Virus record (IMG/VR): IMGVR_UViG_3300027743_000001
Coordinates: 1-64,000 of that record
Source: a virus
Direction: 5' to 3' (one strand)
DNA: 64,000 bases
Positions 39,482 to 49,266 of this stretch are shown here, piece after piece (the first letter of the stretch is position 1; each line of letters begins with the position of its first letter). The position numbers and the translations under genes are program-made. Under the pieces are notes generated by a model that made no database searches, had not been told where the DNA came from, and saw only the letters and a list, made by a program, of their open reading frames with translations.

Positions 39482-40981
39482 TCAGCCTCCAAGAATCTGC
39501 TGCGCTGAGTCAGGCATCGGGACTGGAGATTCTGCTACGTTCTGTTCCCGCTCGGCCTCCAGCACGTTGGGAAGCGCCACGTTCAGCAGGGCTACCGTTA
39601 CGTCCGGTGGCAACATTCCCTTGGAGGCAACCAGCATGAGCGCCAGCTCCTGCTCCGTGGGAGCATCCGTCTCGGCCAGCCCGTTCTCCCGGCGCCATGC
39701 CTTGGGTCCGACCAGGAAGTGCTCAAACCCGATTGTCACTTCCTCGGACTGGTTGGGCCGGGTCACGATCTGGGAGGGGTCGTACCAAACCACAACGCGG
39801 CCGACAGCTGCCGGCTCGAACCCCTCGGCCAGCAGTCTGGTGCGGAGGTACATTTCCGTGGTTGCATCCGACAGCGCCAGCGCCAGCGGCTCAATGTTGG
39901 CCTTGTACAGGTTGTCATCGATGACCACCGCGTTGCTGTACTTGACGGCCGCCAGGCCGGCCACCATTTCCTTGGGAACGTCGATGCCCTGAAGGATGCG
40001 TTCCAGGGAGCGCTCCGCCCGGTTGACAAGCCACTCATCGCTGCTGCGCTCGAACGTCAGGTGTCGGATGGAGGAACCCTGATCGCTTGGCCCGGTCACC
40101 ACCATGGGAACTACGGAGCTAGCACTGCCTTCGTCCGAGACGGGGGTGACCATAGCGTCCATCAGCTCGGCCACGAAAGCGTTGCCGGGGTCTACTACGG
40201 CCTGCTCACCATCTGTCTCGTCTGCGTTTGCCACGGTGGCCGAGGCGACCGTGATGCCATCCGGAACGAAAAGAAGGCCGGCATTCAGCCGGCTGCGGGT
40301 CGCCGAGCGGACCAGCCGCTGGAGCATCAGCAGCTCCTCGATGGAGTCCGTGAGCGCCATCAGCGAGGAGTCCGGCTCCTTGGAATACTCCGGGTGCTCA
40401 CGCCACACCCGAGCTATGTAGGTGCTTGTTGGCAGCGGCTTCTGTTCTCCACCACGTAGCGGCTGATACAGGACTGAGTTCTGTTCTACCTTGACTTCCT
40501 TTGTGGACTTGAACGCCCACTCTCCGCTGCCCGGCATCTGCATGAAGTAGACCTCGCCGGCCACGTTCATGTTGAGAGCGAAGGACCGAACCTTAGAGCT
40601 GAAGTTGGAGGTCGTGAACTCCAGCATGATCTCCTGAGCGCGCTTGGCCAGGTCGTCGTCAACCAGGCCCTTCTCCGCTGCCTCCGTGATAGAGGTCGGT
40701 GCCTGCTCCGGGTCCAGCACCACGGCCGGGTAGAGTCGGATCCGGGAGAGGATGCTGCCGACCAGGTTGAACCCGTAGTGGATCTCTCCCACCCGCTCGT
40801 ACCCGATCCAGGCGTCGGTCTGCCAGACCTCCCAGGGACGCGAGCCCGGCTGCATCTCTTTGACCTTGATGCGCTCGGTTGAAGCCGTAATAGGGCGTTG
40901 CGCGTTGTATGGCGCCGCTTTGGCCGGGCGCGCAGCTGACGGCTTGTCGGCGCGGGGATTATCGCGTGTGAAGAGGCCCAT
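39482..40981 (-). CDS. portal protein
   Basis: WQTDAWIGYERVGEIHY, SRIRLY, SRLNAGLLFVP, VVWYDPS. Confidence 0.9.
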   Translation of the reverse strand: MGLFTRDNPRADKPSAARPAKAAPYNAQRPITASTERIKVKEMQPGSRPWEVWQTDAWIGYERVGEIHYGFNLVGSILSRIRLYPAVVLDPEQAPTSITEAAEKGLVDDDLAKRAQEIMLEFTTSNFSSKVRSFALNMNVAGEVYFMQMPGSGEWAFKSTKEVKVEQNSVLYQPLRGGEQKPLPTSTYIARVWREHPEYSKEPDSSLMALTDSIEELLMLQRLVRSATRSRLNAGLLFVPDGITVASATVANADETDGEQAVVDPGNAFVAELMDAMVTPVSDEGSASSVVPMVVTGPSDQGSSIRHLTFERSSDEWLVNRAERSLERILQGIDVPKEMVAGLAAVKYSNAVVIDDNLYKANIEPLALALSDATTEMYLRTRLLAEGFEPAAVGRVVVWYDPSQIVTRPNQSEEVTIGFEHFLVGPKAWRRENGLAETDAPTEQELALMLVASKGMLPPDVTVALLNVALPNVLEAEREQNVAESPVPMPDSAQQILGG

Positions 40982-40998
40982 AAGGGAATACTACGGTG

Positions 40999-41247
40999 TC
41001 AACCGGTGGGGGTCACCACGCGCAAGCACGACTCGCAAATTGGCCCCTCGCCGAAGACAGGCTCCCACCAATCTGCGGCTTTTACCCGATAAGACAGGTC
41101 GGCCCCGCACATCACCTCGCCGAGAGGCATGGCCGGCAGGGCCACGTGGACCACTGGCTCACCGTCCTCACGCTGCCACTCGTCAACCACCCGGTACCAG
41201 CGCTCCCGACGATCTTGGAAATCCTGCTCGGTCAGCGGCTCAGTCAC
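40999..41247 (-). CDS. small zinc-binding protein (H...CG...CxxC)
   Basis: VVHVALP...MCGADL...CESC. Confidence 0.55.
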   Translation of the reverse strand: MTEPLTEQDFQDRRERWYRVVDEWQREDGEPVVHVALPAMPLGEVMCGADLSYRVKAADWWEPVFGEGPICESCLRVVTPTG

Positions 41248-41656
41248 GGTGGTACCGGCCGGTGAACGGCGGCTGCTGCTCACGCAGTGCTGCTGACTTC
41301 TGCTGCATCTCGGGGGTGATCGGGGTTGATACGAGCACTGCCCCCGGGAAGGGATTCCAGCTCCGGATCATGCGCGCCCCGCACGACGGGCACCCGCCAC
41401 GCTGTTGGACGGAGTAGCCGGAGAACACGCCGCCACGGTAAGAGGCATAGGGAGCGATCTCGGACGGGTCCAGCTCCATGTCAAACCGCTCGATACCCTG
41501 GCTGCCGGCCGCCCACCCGATGGTGATCGCGCGTTCGGTCACGATGATCCGGAACTTGTAGCTGCTGTTACTCGGCACGCCCGGAGGAAGCGGACTGATC
41601 ATCGCGGGGTAGATGTCGGCGTAGACCTTCACCCGCTCGCCCTGCTGGTAGATCAC
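41240..41656 (-). CDS. hypothetical protein
   Basis: GGCPSCGARMIRSWNPF; coupled in operon. Confidence 0.7.
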   Translation of the reverse strand: MIYQQGERVKVYADIYPAMISPLPPGVPSNSSYKFRIIVTERAITIGWAAGSQGIERFDMELDPSEIAPYASYRGGVFSGYSVQQRGGCPSCGARMIRSWNPFPGAVLVSTPITPEMQQKSAALREQQPPFTGRYHRD

Positions 41657-41835
41657 GTCTCCTCCTGAGGTGTTGCCGGTCGGCCGGCTACCGACGTGAC
41701 TTGGGCCATGACCAGAGCGAAGGCTTGTGACTCGCTGAACCCTGCCTCTTTGTAGGACAAGTACAGCTCATGCAGAGCCAAGGCCGCCGTCCTCATGGTG
41801 GACGCGACGTTGGGGGACTTGTCTTTGGGGTCCAT
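41653..41835 (-). CDS. hypothetical protein
   Basis: LHELYLSYKEAGFSESQAFALV, a recurrent small actinophage pattern. Confidence 0.75.
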   Translation of the reverse strand: MDPKDKSPNVASTMRTAALALHELYLSYKEAGFSESQAFALVMAQVTSVAGRPATPQEET

Positions 41836-42161
41836 CAACTCTCCGGAATCTCGTCGATCTTGGACTGCACCGTAAGGATCATGGCCGCCGCCATCGAGAG
41901 CGCGCCGGCCTTTGTCAACCAGCGTCCCGACTTGAACCGGGAGGCGAACAGAACCGCCCCGCCGGCCCACATGGAAACGCACCAGGGGCAGTCAACCAGA
42001 TACCCAGCCCTCTGGCGCAAGCCCCCGGCGCCAGGTTTCTCGGCCCAGGCCATGACCGCGTCGCGGATCGGGCGCGCGATCTCGTCGTCGGTAACCAGCC
42101 GTGTCAACCGGGCTACGGCCGCCGCCATGACGACGGCCGTCCCCGCGTCTTTGGAGTTCAT
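41835..42161 (-). CDS. DUF1360-like membrane protein
   Basis: ARLTRLVTDDEI...R...YLVDCPWCVSMW. Confidence 0.8.
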   Translation of the reverse strand: MNSKDAGTAVVMAAAVARLTRLVTDDEIARPIRDAVMAWAEKPGAGGLRQRAGYLVDCPWCVSMWAGGAVLFASRFKSGRWLTKAGALSMAAAMILTVQSKIDEIPES

Positions 42162-42328
42162 CGGCGCTGAAGGTGAGGAGTGAGCCGGATGCCGCCGGTC
42201 TTGGAGCGCTGGTCGACGCACATCTGGCCGGCCCCCGCCTGGCAGACCGGGCACACAGTGGACAGCCGGAGGTCGAACTTGACAGCCTTGCCACATTCGC
42301 AGTCGATATCCAGGAACCGCTTCGCCAT
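42158..42328 (-). CDS. small zinc-finger protein
   Basis: Hand translation MAKRFLDIDCECG...CPVCQAGAGQMC...PHLQRR; GGAGG SD. Confidence 0.65.
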   Translation of the reverse strand: MAKRFLDIDCECGKAVKFDLRLSTVCPVCQAGAGQMCVDQRSKTGGIRLTPHLQRR

Positions 42329-42401
42329 CTCTTGTTCCTCCTGAGAAAGAAGTTATCAGAAGGAATCCTAGTAGAGAGAAGTCCGATTTTACAACATAGA
42401 A

Positions 42402-42440
42402 AGAGCGGGTGACCTGCCGCGAAACAGGTCACCCGCTCTG
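42402..42440 (-). terminator. intrinsic terminator
   Basis: AGAGCGGGTGACCTG / CAGGTCACCCGCTCT stem followed by a T-rich tract on the minus strand. Confidence 0.75.
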
Positions 42441-42539
42441 TCTCAGGTCCGCGTCACCACCGTCCACGGAACCTGAAGTTGTGTGGGGAGCTAGCAACTC
42501 ACGGGGGTCGGCGTAGCTAGCTCCCCGACGCCGGAGACG

Positions 42540-42689
42540 CTACCGGTTGAGGTCGCTCCGCGCAAGTAGCGCGAAGGTCACCGCAAGGACAGCGAGACCG
42601 AACCCAATGTTGGCCTGATCCCTGATGTAGAAGATGAGAGACGCAATAGCGCCTAACACAGCTACCAGGGGAACCCACCTGAGGTACAT
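42540..42689 (-). CDS. small two-TM membrane protein (holin candidate)
   Basis: MYLRWVPLVAVLGAIASLIFYIRDQANIGFGLAVLAVTFALLARSDLNR; GGAGG SD. Confidence 0.55.
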   Translation of the reverse strand: MYLRWVPLVAVLGAIASLIFYIRDQANIGFGLAVLAVTFALLARSDLNR

Positions 42690-42708
42690 GAAACACCTCC
42701 CTCCACCG

Positions 42709-43374
42709 CTAGGGATGGAATGTCAACCAACACCGGCATCCGATCACTTCGTCCAGCGGAGCGCTTGGGTCTCCAGGGAACCGAAGTTCGATCCCTTCTG
42801 GTGTCACAAAGTTGTCGGAGATCGGTACGGTACTACCGGGGTAGTTTCGCGATCCAAGTATTGCATGAGAGGTTCGTACCCTGGTATCCCCGACGTTATG
42901 CCACCGCTTACGGGTCAGCCCGATCTCGTCGGCCGCCGCCATCTGAGCGGAGGAGATCACCGCGTGGGCTACCAGGTTGTGCAGCCGCTCCGGATCCAGG
43001 TAGTCGGGGGTCTCGCCCGGGGCCGGGGGGTCATCGTGAACGCTTCTCACAACTGCCTTGGCCGCCTTGACCAGCGTTTGCATCCCGGCATCATGGCCAG
43101 CCTCACGGCCTCGGTCAGAAGCGGCCAGCAGTGCCTCAGCGCGCCGTGCGGGGGAGGCGTCCCGCTGTCTGGCCAGAGCACGATCGGCCACCCCGTAGAG
43201 CGCACCGCCGATCGTCTCCGGGAGCCCGAGCGTGCCAGCGATCTTCTGCCAGGATCCTGTCACCGTGCCGCTGGTGGCACCGTAAGCAGCGTAAGCCGCT
43301 AGTACCACAGCCAGCGCGGGGAGCAGAGAGTTGGCTTCCTCTTCCTGCTCCTCCGGTGGGTTTGGCTGTGTCAT
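42709..43374 (-). CDS. MuF-like minor head protein (short form, no toxin extension)
   Basis: KRWHNVGDTRVRTSH...LRFPGDP...IGCRC. Confidence 0.88.
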   Translation of the reverse strand: MTQPNPPEEQEEEANSLLPALAVVLAAYAAYGATSGTVTGSWQKIAGTLGLPETIGGALYGVADRALARQRDASPARRAEALLAASDRGREAGHDAGMQTLVKAAKAVVRSVHDDPPAPGETPDYLDPERLHNLVAHAVISSAQMAAADEIGLTRKRWHNVGDTRVRTSHAILGSRNYPGSTVPISDNFVTPEGIELRFPGDPSAPLDEVIGCRCWLTFHP

Positions 43375-44894
43375 AGCTGTCTCCCGCGCCGCCGGTTCGG
43401 GATGCCCCGAGCGATCGTCAGGCTACCCGTGTTGCGCCCCTGGTGGGTGAACTTGATGAAGCCGGCCGGCCGCTGCGTAACCGTCCGGGTCGTGGCCGAG
43501 CCGGGAGCGCCGCCCTTCAGCGCATCGGGGAAGAGAGCCGCCGCCAGAGCCCAGCCGGCCGCGTCCATCCGGTCGGGGGAGTAGCCGGACTCTCCCGGCA
43601 CCCAGCTGGTCTCCTGATCTTCCAGGTCCGTGAAGTATCCGACGTGGTGAACGCGGCCTTTCTCGTATGCTGCAGCTACCGGGCCGAACCGCACAGCCTT
43701 CTGAGCGGTTGCCCATACCTCACGGACCGGCGGAGGAGTGGTGTTGGCGTGACTGGCAGCCTGACGGATCACCCGCTTGACCAGAGCGCCGCCCTGGTTG
43801 GTCTCTACGATCACCGTCGCTTGGTGCTCACGAGCCGCCTTGATGACCTCATCACCCCACACCGATGGGGAGGCCCGGAGAGAGTAGTCGGCTATCACGT
43901 AAGCGTGCCGCTTGAGGACGGGGTGCGTAAGTGGCACCGCTACCACGACGATGCCGCACTCATCGTTGGGCCTCTCGGCAACCGAGGGGTCGACGCCCAC
44001 GTAGAAGGCCCATCGGACGCCCGGCAGAGTCGGCGTGTTGGTTACCCGGAACGCTTCTATTGTGGACTCGGATACCTGCGCTCCATCCACCTCATCCAGC
44101 ATCACACCTTCCAGCTCCTGCTGGCCCAAGGTGGTGCCGTCGTAGAGGTCCATGAGCACGTCGAGATATACGGCGGACAGGTAAGGGTTGGACTTCGTTG
44201 CCATGTTCTTGAGCAGGATTCTCTTGGCTGGGTCCTTCGCGTCCGCGATCAGTTTGCGCAGCAGAGCCACCCGCTTAGGGGTGGTCGCCGCAAGGATCTG
44301 CGGAAGCCTTCCCATACGGGTGCCGATACGCAGGTTGTCCCACGCTGTAAGGCCGTCCACGCCAGGCTTCCACTTGTGCGCGGCCAGTTCATCCGCCACG
44401 CCGATGTGGAACGCCGGGCCACGTAGCTGGTCAGGTTCCTCAGCCGAGAATGTCAAGAGGTTGCCACCGTAAGGGAGTTCCACGAGACGCCGGGACGGAA
44501 TCCAGTTCAGTGCGTCTACTTCAGACGGTGGGTAGATGTTCATGAGACCGGACGGACCCTCAAGCAAAATGTCCCGGACGTCGGCTGCAGTACGGCCGAG
44601 CAGCGCTCCCTTGAGCGGCCGGCCAGGGTCGCGGCCCAGCTTGGCCCAGTTCTTGTCCAGGTCCCGGATCCACTCGGTCATGGCCCGTGACTTGCCGGCT
44701 CCACGGCCGCCGAGCAGGAGCGCTACAGAGAAATCCTCGCCGCCGTCTTCCTTGCGGGTCGGCACGATCTGAGACGGCCGGCCCATGAACTCCCAGCTGT
44801 AGAGCAGCTCCATCGGATCCAGCCCAGCAAGAGCCTCGGCCTGCTCCTCCGGAGGAAGGGCCGCCAGCTGCTGCTCCAGCGAGAGATCTAACAT
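43371..44894 (-). CDS. terL: terminase large subunit
   Basis: GGRGAGKS Walker A, LRGPAFHIGVADE Walker B, ATTPK, nuclease VGVDPS, VETNQGG, SPDRMDA. Confidence 0.95.
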   Translation of the reverse strand: MLDLSLEQQLAALPPEEQAEALAGLDPMELLYSWEFMGRPSQIVPTRKEDGGEDFSVALLLGGRGAGKSRAMTEWIRDLDKNWAKLGRDPGRPLKGALLGRTAADVRDILLEGPSGLMNIYPPSEVDALNWIPSRRLVELPYGGNLLTFSAEEPDQLRGPAFHIGVADELAAHKWKPGVDGLTAWDNLRIGTRMGRLPQILAATTPKRVALLRKLIADAKDPAKRILLKNMATKSNPYLSAVYLDVLMDLYDGTTLGQQELEGVMLDEVDGAQVSESTIEAFRVTNTPTLPGVRWAFYVGVDPSVAERPNDECGIVVVAVPLTHPVLKRHAYVIADYSLRASPSVWGDEVIKAAREHQATVIVETNQGGALVKRVIRQAASHANTTPPPVREVWATAQKAVRFGPVAAAYEKGRVHHVGYFTDLEDQETSWVPGESGYSPDRMDAAGWALAAALFPDALKGGAPGSATTRTVTQRPAGFIKFTHQGRNTGSLTIARGIPNRRRGRQL

Positions 44895-44906
44895 GTTCCC
44901 TGCTCC

Positions 44907-46709
44907 TCACTCAACAGCGAACATAATACGCGGCACGCTTCCCGAAGGGTTTTTCGTAGGGAACGTGCTAGGGAACACGGGACTAAGGGGCAGGCTATCT
45001 ACGTATAGACCGCTATAGCCAGCGGCATTGACATCAGATGAGCCGATAATACCGGGATGCGATGTCGCGCCTGTAGCAATCAAGGTAGACGCTGCGGTGA
45101 CAGATCTGCCGGCAATCCAGTATCGACCCGGCTGCAAGATTACGCCGCCGGCCACGTTCGCTGTCCTAAGTCCGTTAACGGTGGTGTCGATAACACCTAG
45201 ATCATTTAGCAGTGCATCAGGACCTACCAGCGCCTTATGTGAGTACACTGCCACGCGATAGCTAGCGCTCGCGACTGCAGCTGTAACGCGCACAGCGATT
45301 CTCGTTATCGGAGTGGGGTCATCAAGAGTTAGTGGCCAGGTATAGATCGAGTCAGTAGGCGGGGGAAGTGTGGTGCCGCCAGGGTTTCCAACAAAGGGTT
45401 GTCCGTACCAAGCAACACCCATGCCGGTCATAGGGCGGATAGCTCCGCCTGCACTAGCGCCGCCGCCGGCCGCTGCGGGAGCTGAGGCCACCCAAGTACC
45501 AGGCGTGCCGGCAACCGTGCACATCCAGAACGCGCCAACGGAGTCCTGCACCGTCTCGTTGAGCAGCCACGCTCCGGTAGTAGGCGGACCAGGAGTAGTC
45601 AGGCGAGCGGCCAGGATTATCGAAGGATTGTTGTTCTTAGTGCCTATGTGTGCGGAGCCAGGAATTTCTGTCTTGCCAGTGACTTGAGGAGAATCCGTTA
45701 GAAACACGTTGAACAGAACCGTACCGTTGTAAGCCTGTAGCTGGAAGTTCCGGCCGCCGTTGCGAGCCTTAAAGGCAATGCCGTTGTTTGAGGTGTTCTG
45801 AACAATGTCAACCGACCCAGCGCTGGTCTGGAACCGCTCGAAAATCACATCCGGTGCGGGTGCCGTGGGGTTGACGATCACGGCAGGCACCGTGGTTGAC
45901 GCTGCGGGTGAGAATGACTTCTGGCCGGTGAACGTCTCCGTGCCGGCCAGGTGTGCCACCCCCGTATCCGTTGGGTTGAACATGGCTACCCACACCCGCT
46001 GCGCGGGAACCGGATTACCACCTGCGATCCACGTGACCGGGTAGGTGAAGTAGCCCGCCCCGAAGTCCCACACAGGTGCACCTGTCACCCGATACTTCTC
46101 GTACCGGGTGGAGTCATCCTTGTCCTGCATATCGATCTCAGTGCCCACCGCGACATGCTCAAGGATTCGGGTCACGTCGTTACCGGGAGCCGTCTTAACA
46201 TTGATATACATCTCTGTTACAGCCATGGGATCACTAGAGTTGGTGCGCACTTGGCCAGCTGCCGGAGGTGCCCCGGGGTTGGCATTGTAGGCGTACTCCA
46301 TGAACGTGCCGTTAGAGCCGGACGGCCCCTGTGGACCCTCCGGCCCTGTCAACCCGATAGGACCTTGCGGCCCCGGTGCGCCGTCCGCGCCGGCCGGACC
46401 AGGAGCCCCGTCTGCGCCGGCCGGGCCTGTTGGACCTGGCACTGTCGAGTCCGCGCCCGCCGGACCCTGCGGGCCGGGTGGACCTGTGGGACCAGGCTCA
46501 CCGACTGCACCCGGTGCCCCGATCACGAACGGGTCGGTTGACACGCCAGTGCCGGTGATCTCGATGTTCTCGCCGGCCACCAGCGTGCACCCGCAAAACT
46601 CGGAAGCCTCGCCACACCCGATGCAGCGGGACGTTGGAGACGTGGGGCTCTCGAACGTGACCGGCGTTCCGGTGCCGTCTTCGTCCTCACACTCAACGCA
46701 TCGAGACAT
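44907..46709 (-). CDS. collagen-like virion fibre protein
   Basis: About 20 Gly-X-Y triplets near the N terminus (about 46315-46515); beta-rich C-terminal domains. Confidence 0.75.
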   Translation of the reverse strand: MSRCVECEDEDGTGTPVTFESPTSPTSRCIGCGEASEFCGCTLVAGENIEITGTGVSTDPFVIGAPGAVGEPGPTGPPGPQGPAGADSTVPGPTGPAGADGAPGPAGADGAPGPQGPIGLTGPEGPQGPSGSNGTFMEYAYNANPGAPPAAGQVRTNSSDPMAVTEMYINVKTAPGNDVTRILEHVAVGTEIDMQDKDDSTRYEKYRVTGAPVWDFGAGYFTYPVTWIAGGNPVPAQRVWVAMFNPTDTGVAHLAGTETFTGQKSFSPAASTTVPAVIVNPTAPAPDVIFERFQTSAGSVDIVQNTSNNGIAFKARNGGRNFQLQAYNGTVLFNVFLTDSPQVTGKTEIPGSAHIGTKNNNPSIILAARLTTPGPPTTGAWLLNETVQDSVGAFWMCTVAGTPGTWVASAPAAAGGGASAGGAIRPMTGMGVAWYGQPFVGNPGGTTLPPPTDSIYTWPLTLDDPTPITRIAVRVTAAVASASYRVAVYSHKALVGPDALLNDLGVIDTTVNGLRTANVAGGVILQPGRYWIAGRSVTAASTLIATGATSHPGIIGSSDVNAAGYSGLYVDSLPLSPVFPSTFPTKNPSGSVPRIMFAVE

Positions 46710-46720
46710 GGCCCCTCCCC

Positions 46721-47296
46721 TCAGATCTTCATGATGTAGGCGAGAGCGAAGAACAGCGGCCGAGTTGGGACACCCGCTGAGGGAGCAGCAGTGGGGTTGA
46801 TGACGTGGGTGTGAGATCCCCCGTCATCCGTGCCCACATCAGAAGTGAAAATCGGCGTTGCGTTTGATGTAGCCAGAGCCAGAGAAGATCCACTAATGGC
46901 GTAGATCTGCCGGTACCACGTGCCGTGATGGTGTGTTCCAGCAGCCTGCATGGTGTGGGTGTGCGCCGGCAGGTGCGAGGTGTTAAGCACCGTGGAGTCG
47001 GCTCCGCCCGTAGCGCCCTTGTTGTAGGACGCTCCGGAGTTCGTACCGCCGGTGTCCGTGGATGCGCCCACTATGAACCGACCGCGTAGGTCCGGAGTTC
47101 CGTTGGCGCCGTTGCACAGCGCCCACCCGGCTGGGATGGTGGCCAGCGTGCCGGACCACATGATGATGCCGCCCACCGGGAACGCCACCCCGAACGCCGC
47201 CTCGACAGCTACCGCCAGAGCCTGAATCTGGCTAGGTCCATTAGGCGGGTCAGTTAGCTCCGGATATGGAAGGTTGTACTTAGGTGTAGCGCCCAT
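46721..47296 (-). CDS. tail fibre protein with tail-collar domain
   Basis: [10 protein letters not shown]...[23 protein letters not shown]...LAYIMKI. Confidence 0.85.
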   Translation of the reverse strand: MGATPKYNLPYPELTDPPNGPSQIQALAVAVEAAFGVAFPVGGIIMWSGTLATIPAGWALCNGANGTPDLRGRFIVGASTDTGGTNSGASYNKGATGGADSTVLNTSHLPAHTHTMQAAGTHHHGTWYRQIYAISGSSLALATSNATPIFTSDVGTDDGGSHTHVINPTAAPSAGVPTRPLFFALAYIMKI

Positions 47297-47315
47297 AGCC
47301 CTCTCCCTTTCCAGT

Positions 47316-48035
47316 CTAGGGGTTTCGTGATCCGGTAATTACGTTCAGCCAGTTCGAGAAGTTCGGTATCACCCAGGCTCCCCACGTGGCGGGAGAGGGG
47401 TCTCCGGGCCTTGCTGGTGTTCCGGCTATCACATCAGACCAGACCGGGTTAGCGATAGCGCCGGGTGCTGCTCTGTAGATAAAGAATGTGCTCAGCTTTT
47501 GGCCCACAACCCAGGGGTTGCCAGTGCCGCTCGCATCAACCGGGAAGGTCTGGTAACACGCCGGACTGCCAGCAGCCGACATGCCATTGATGCGTGCGTT
47601 CCCCACGGACGGTTCAATCGTCGTGGTGAATACCAGGTTGGCGGGAGAGAGTTGCGGAGCCGTGTACGCGCACAAGGCAGCCGCTGGGGCAACTGGGAGA
47701 GCCGGCAGGCTCAACAGCAGGGGCACCGATCCGGCGAACGCTGTAGTAGGAGCAGCAGCAGCAGCAGCTAGCTGGTAGCTGCAAAAGATCAAGTCCCCCG
47801 TGGTGAATGCGGAGTAGGTCTGCACGCCGTTGCCTAGCGTCACCCCCGTGAGGACAGGTGACCAGAGGACAGTTCTCCACGCAGCCTTTCCTCCCAGCCC
47901 CTCGATCGTGCCCTGAATCAGGGACAGCACGCTGTCTATCTCCTGCGCGGTGTCTTGGATGATAGGGAACATGTAGGCCGGGTCCGACGCCACTGGATAC
48001 GGTATGGCGAACCGCGTAGTTTCATCTGGCATCAT
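47316..48035 (-). CDS. fibre-like minor structural protein (paralogue)
   Basis: N-terminus MPDETTRFAIPYPVASDP shared with neighbours. Confidence 0.7.
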   Translation of the reverse strand: MMPDETTRFAIPYPVASDPAYMFPIIQDTAQEIDSVLSLIQGTIEGLGGKAAWRTVLWSPVLTGVTLGNGVQTYSAFTTGDLIFCSYQLAAAAAAPTTAFAGSVPLLLSLPALPVAPAAALCAYTAPQLSPANLVFTTTIEPSVGNARINGMSAAGSPACYQTFPVDASGTGNPWVVGQKLSTFFIYRAAPGAIANPVWSDVIAGTPARPGDPSPATWGAWVIPNFSNWLNVITGSRNP

Positions 48036-48625
48036 GCACCGCCCGCTGCGCTGGTGATATACAACACGCTTCCCTTTACGTAGCTATCGTTGGCCCAGAC
48101 CGATGTGCCCCCAAGGCTCACCGAGGGGTGGTTATAAAGCCGCATGGCACCCTCGATAGCCACGAGAGCTAAGGCATTAGTCGTGGGGGAGATCTCTACT
48201 GCCATGTTCACGACATATGGATAGGTGGGAATCTTGGCTGTCACCAAGTTGTGTCCGCCGGGATTCACTGTCAATGAGATTGGCAGAGATGGGGGCATGA
48301 TGATGTTGGGGAACTGGTTGGCGAGCCACGCTGTAGTGGGAGGATTGGTGGGGTGCGGGAGTATCTCGAAATCTACCCACACCAGCTGCCCGAGACGGAA
48401 TGCGCTGCCAGTGATAGACCCATTCCCTAGCGCCATGTTGGTAACGGTCGGAGCCCAGGTTGCTTGAGACCAGGTGATCTTGCCGGCTGAGTCTGCCGCT
48501 ACCTCATCTAGAAGAATCCCCAGTTCTTCCTCCGAGTCTTCAGCGATGTGCTGCACAGCAACAATGTCGGCCGGGTCCAGCATTTCCGGATAACGGATGT
48601 CGTAGTTAGGCGTTTGCCCAGCCAT
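48032..48625 (-). CDS. fibre-like minor structural protein (paralogue)
   Basis: MAGQTPNYDIRYPEMLDP; WAPTVTNMALGNG. Confidence 0.7.
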   Translation of the reverse strand: MAGQTPNYDIRYPEMLDPADIVAVQHIAEDSEEELGILLDEVAADSAGKITWSQATWAPTVTNMALGNGSITGSAFRLGQLVWVDFEILPHPTNPPTTAWLANQFPNIIMPPSLPISLTVNPGGHNLVTAKIPTYPYVVNMAVEISPTTNALALVAIEGAMRLYNHPSVSLGGTSVWANDSYVKGSVLYITSAAGGA

Positions 48626-49185
48626 CAGGCTCTCCTGTAATAAAATTGCCCGTACACGAGATTTCCGGAGGCCCACGCAGGTGTTCCTACGGTCTGATAC
48701 ACGGGTTGCTGGATAACACCTGCGCTGCTGCCTCCGCCCACTCCGCCGCCATACAAGGTCACCTGGCTAGCACCCGCCGCGAACAGCAGGCCGATCACCC
48801 AGCGCTGTCCGCTCGCTGAGAATCTCGCTAGAGAAGAACCTGCAGACGCGACAGGGAACGGCAAGGTAAAGGACGGAAAGCTGGTCCCCCACGACGTGGT
48901 TGGGCTAGCGACTCCAGTAACAGTGAACCGACATACCACTAGGCTAGAGAAGGTGTTGTACTGCGCCTTCACCGTGGCGTTGCCGATGATCCAACCGCCG
49001 CCGAATGTGGGGGTCCAGGTGCCTTCCGTGGGGGTGATCAACTGGCCTTGTGTCGCGTCGTTGAGGTCGTGCAACTGGCCCAGCTCACGGTCCACATCCC
49101 GGGCCATAGTCTCCAGCACACGGATGTCCGCTCGGTCGGTCCCGAGAGGATAAGTGATCTGGTGCAGAGGTGTCTGGTCGGGCAT
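48625..49185 (-). CDS. fibre-like minor structural protein (paralogue)
   Basis: MPDQTPLHQITYPLGTD; WTPTFGGGWIIGNA; TACGAT -10 six nt before ATG. Confidence 0.7.
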   Translation of the reverse strand: MPDQTPLHQITYPLGTDRADIRVLETMARDVDRELGQLHDLNDATQGQLITPTEGTWTPTFGGGWIIGNATVKAQYNTFSSLVVCRFTVTGVASPTTSWGTSFPSFTLPFPVASAGSSLARFSASGQRWVIGLLFAAGASQVTLYGGGVGGGSSAGVIQQPVYQTVGTPAWASGNLVYGQFYYRRA

Positions 49186-49230
49186 GCTCTGATCGTACCG
49201 GTTACGGCCGCTCTGGTCTCCCTCCTCCCG

Positions 49231-49260
49231 TTGACACACGCGCGACTTCCCGTTTAGCCT
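49231..49260 (+). promoter_or_regulatory. SigA-type promoter (leaderless)
   Basis: TTGACA-N18-TAGCCT, 6 nt before GTG 49267. Confidence 0.7.
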
Positions 49261-49266
49261 CCCCGT

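Noticed and set aside
46315-46515. GC-rich tandem repeats as a DNA repeat element
   Set aside because: Explained by collagen Gly-X-Y coding.
44907-49185. Diversity-generating retroelement or invertase shufflon acting on the fibre paralogues
   Set aside because: No reverse transcriptase, TR/VR pair, invertase or inverted crossover sites seen; all genes are co-oriented and complete.
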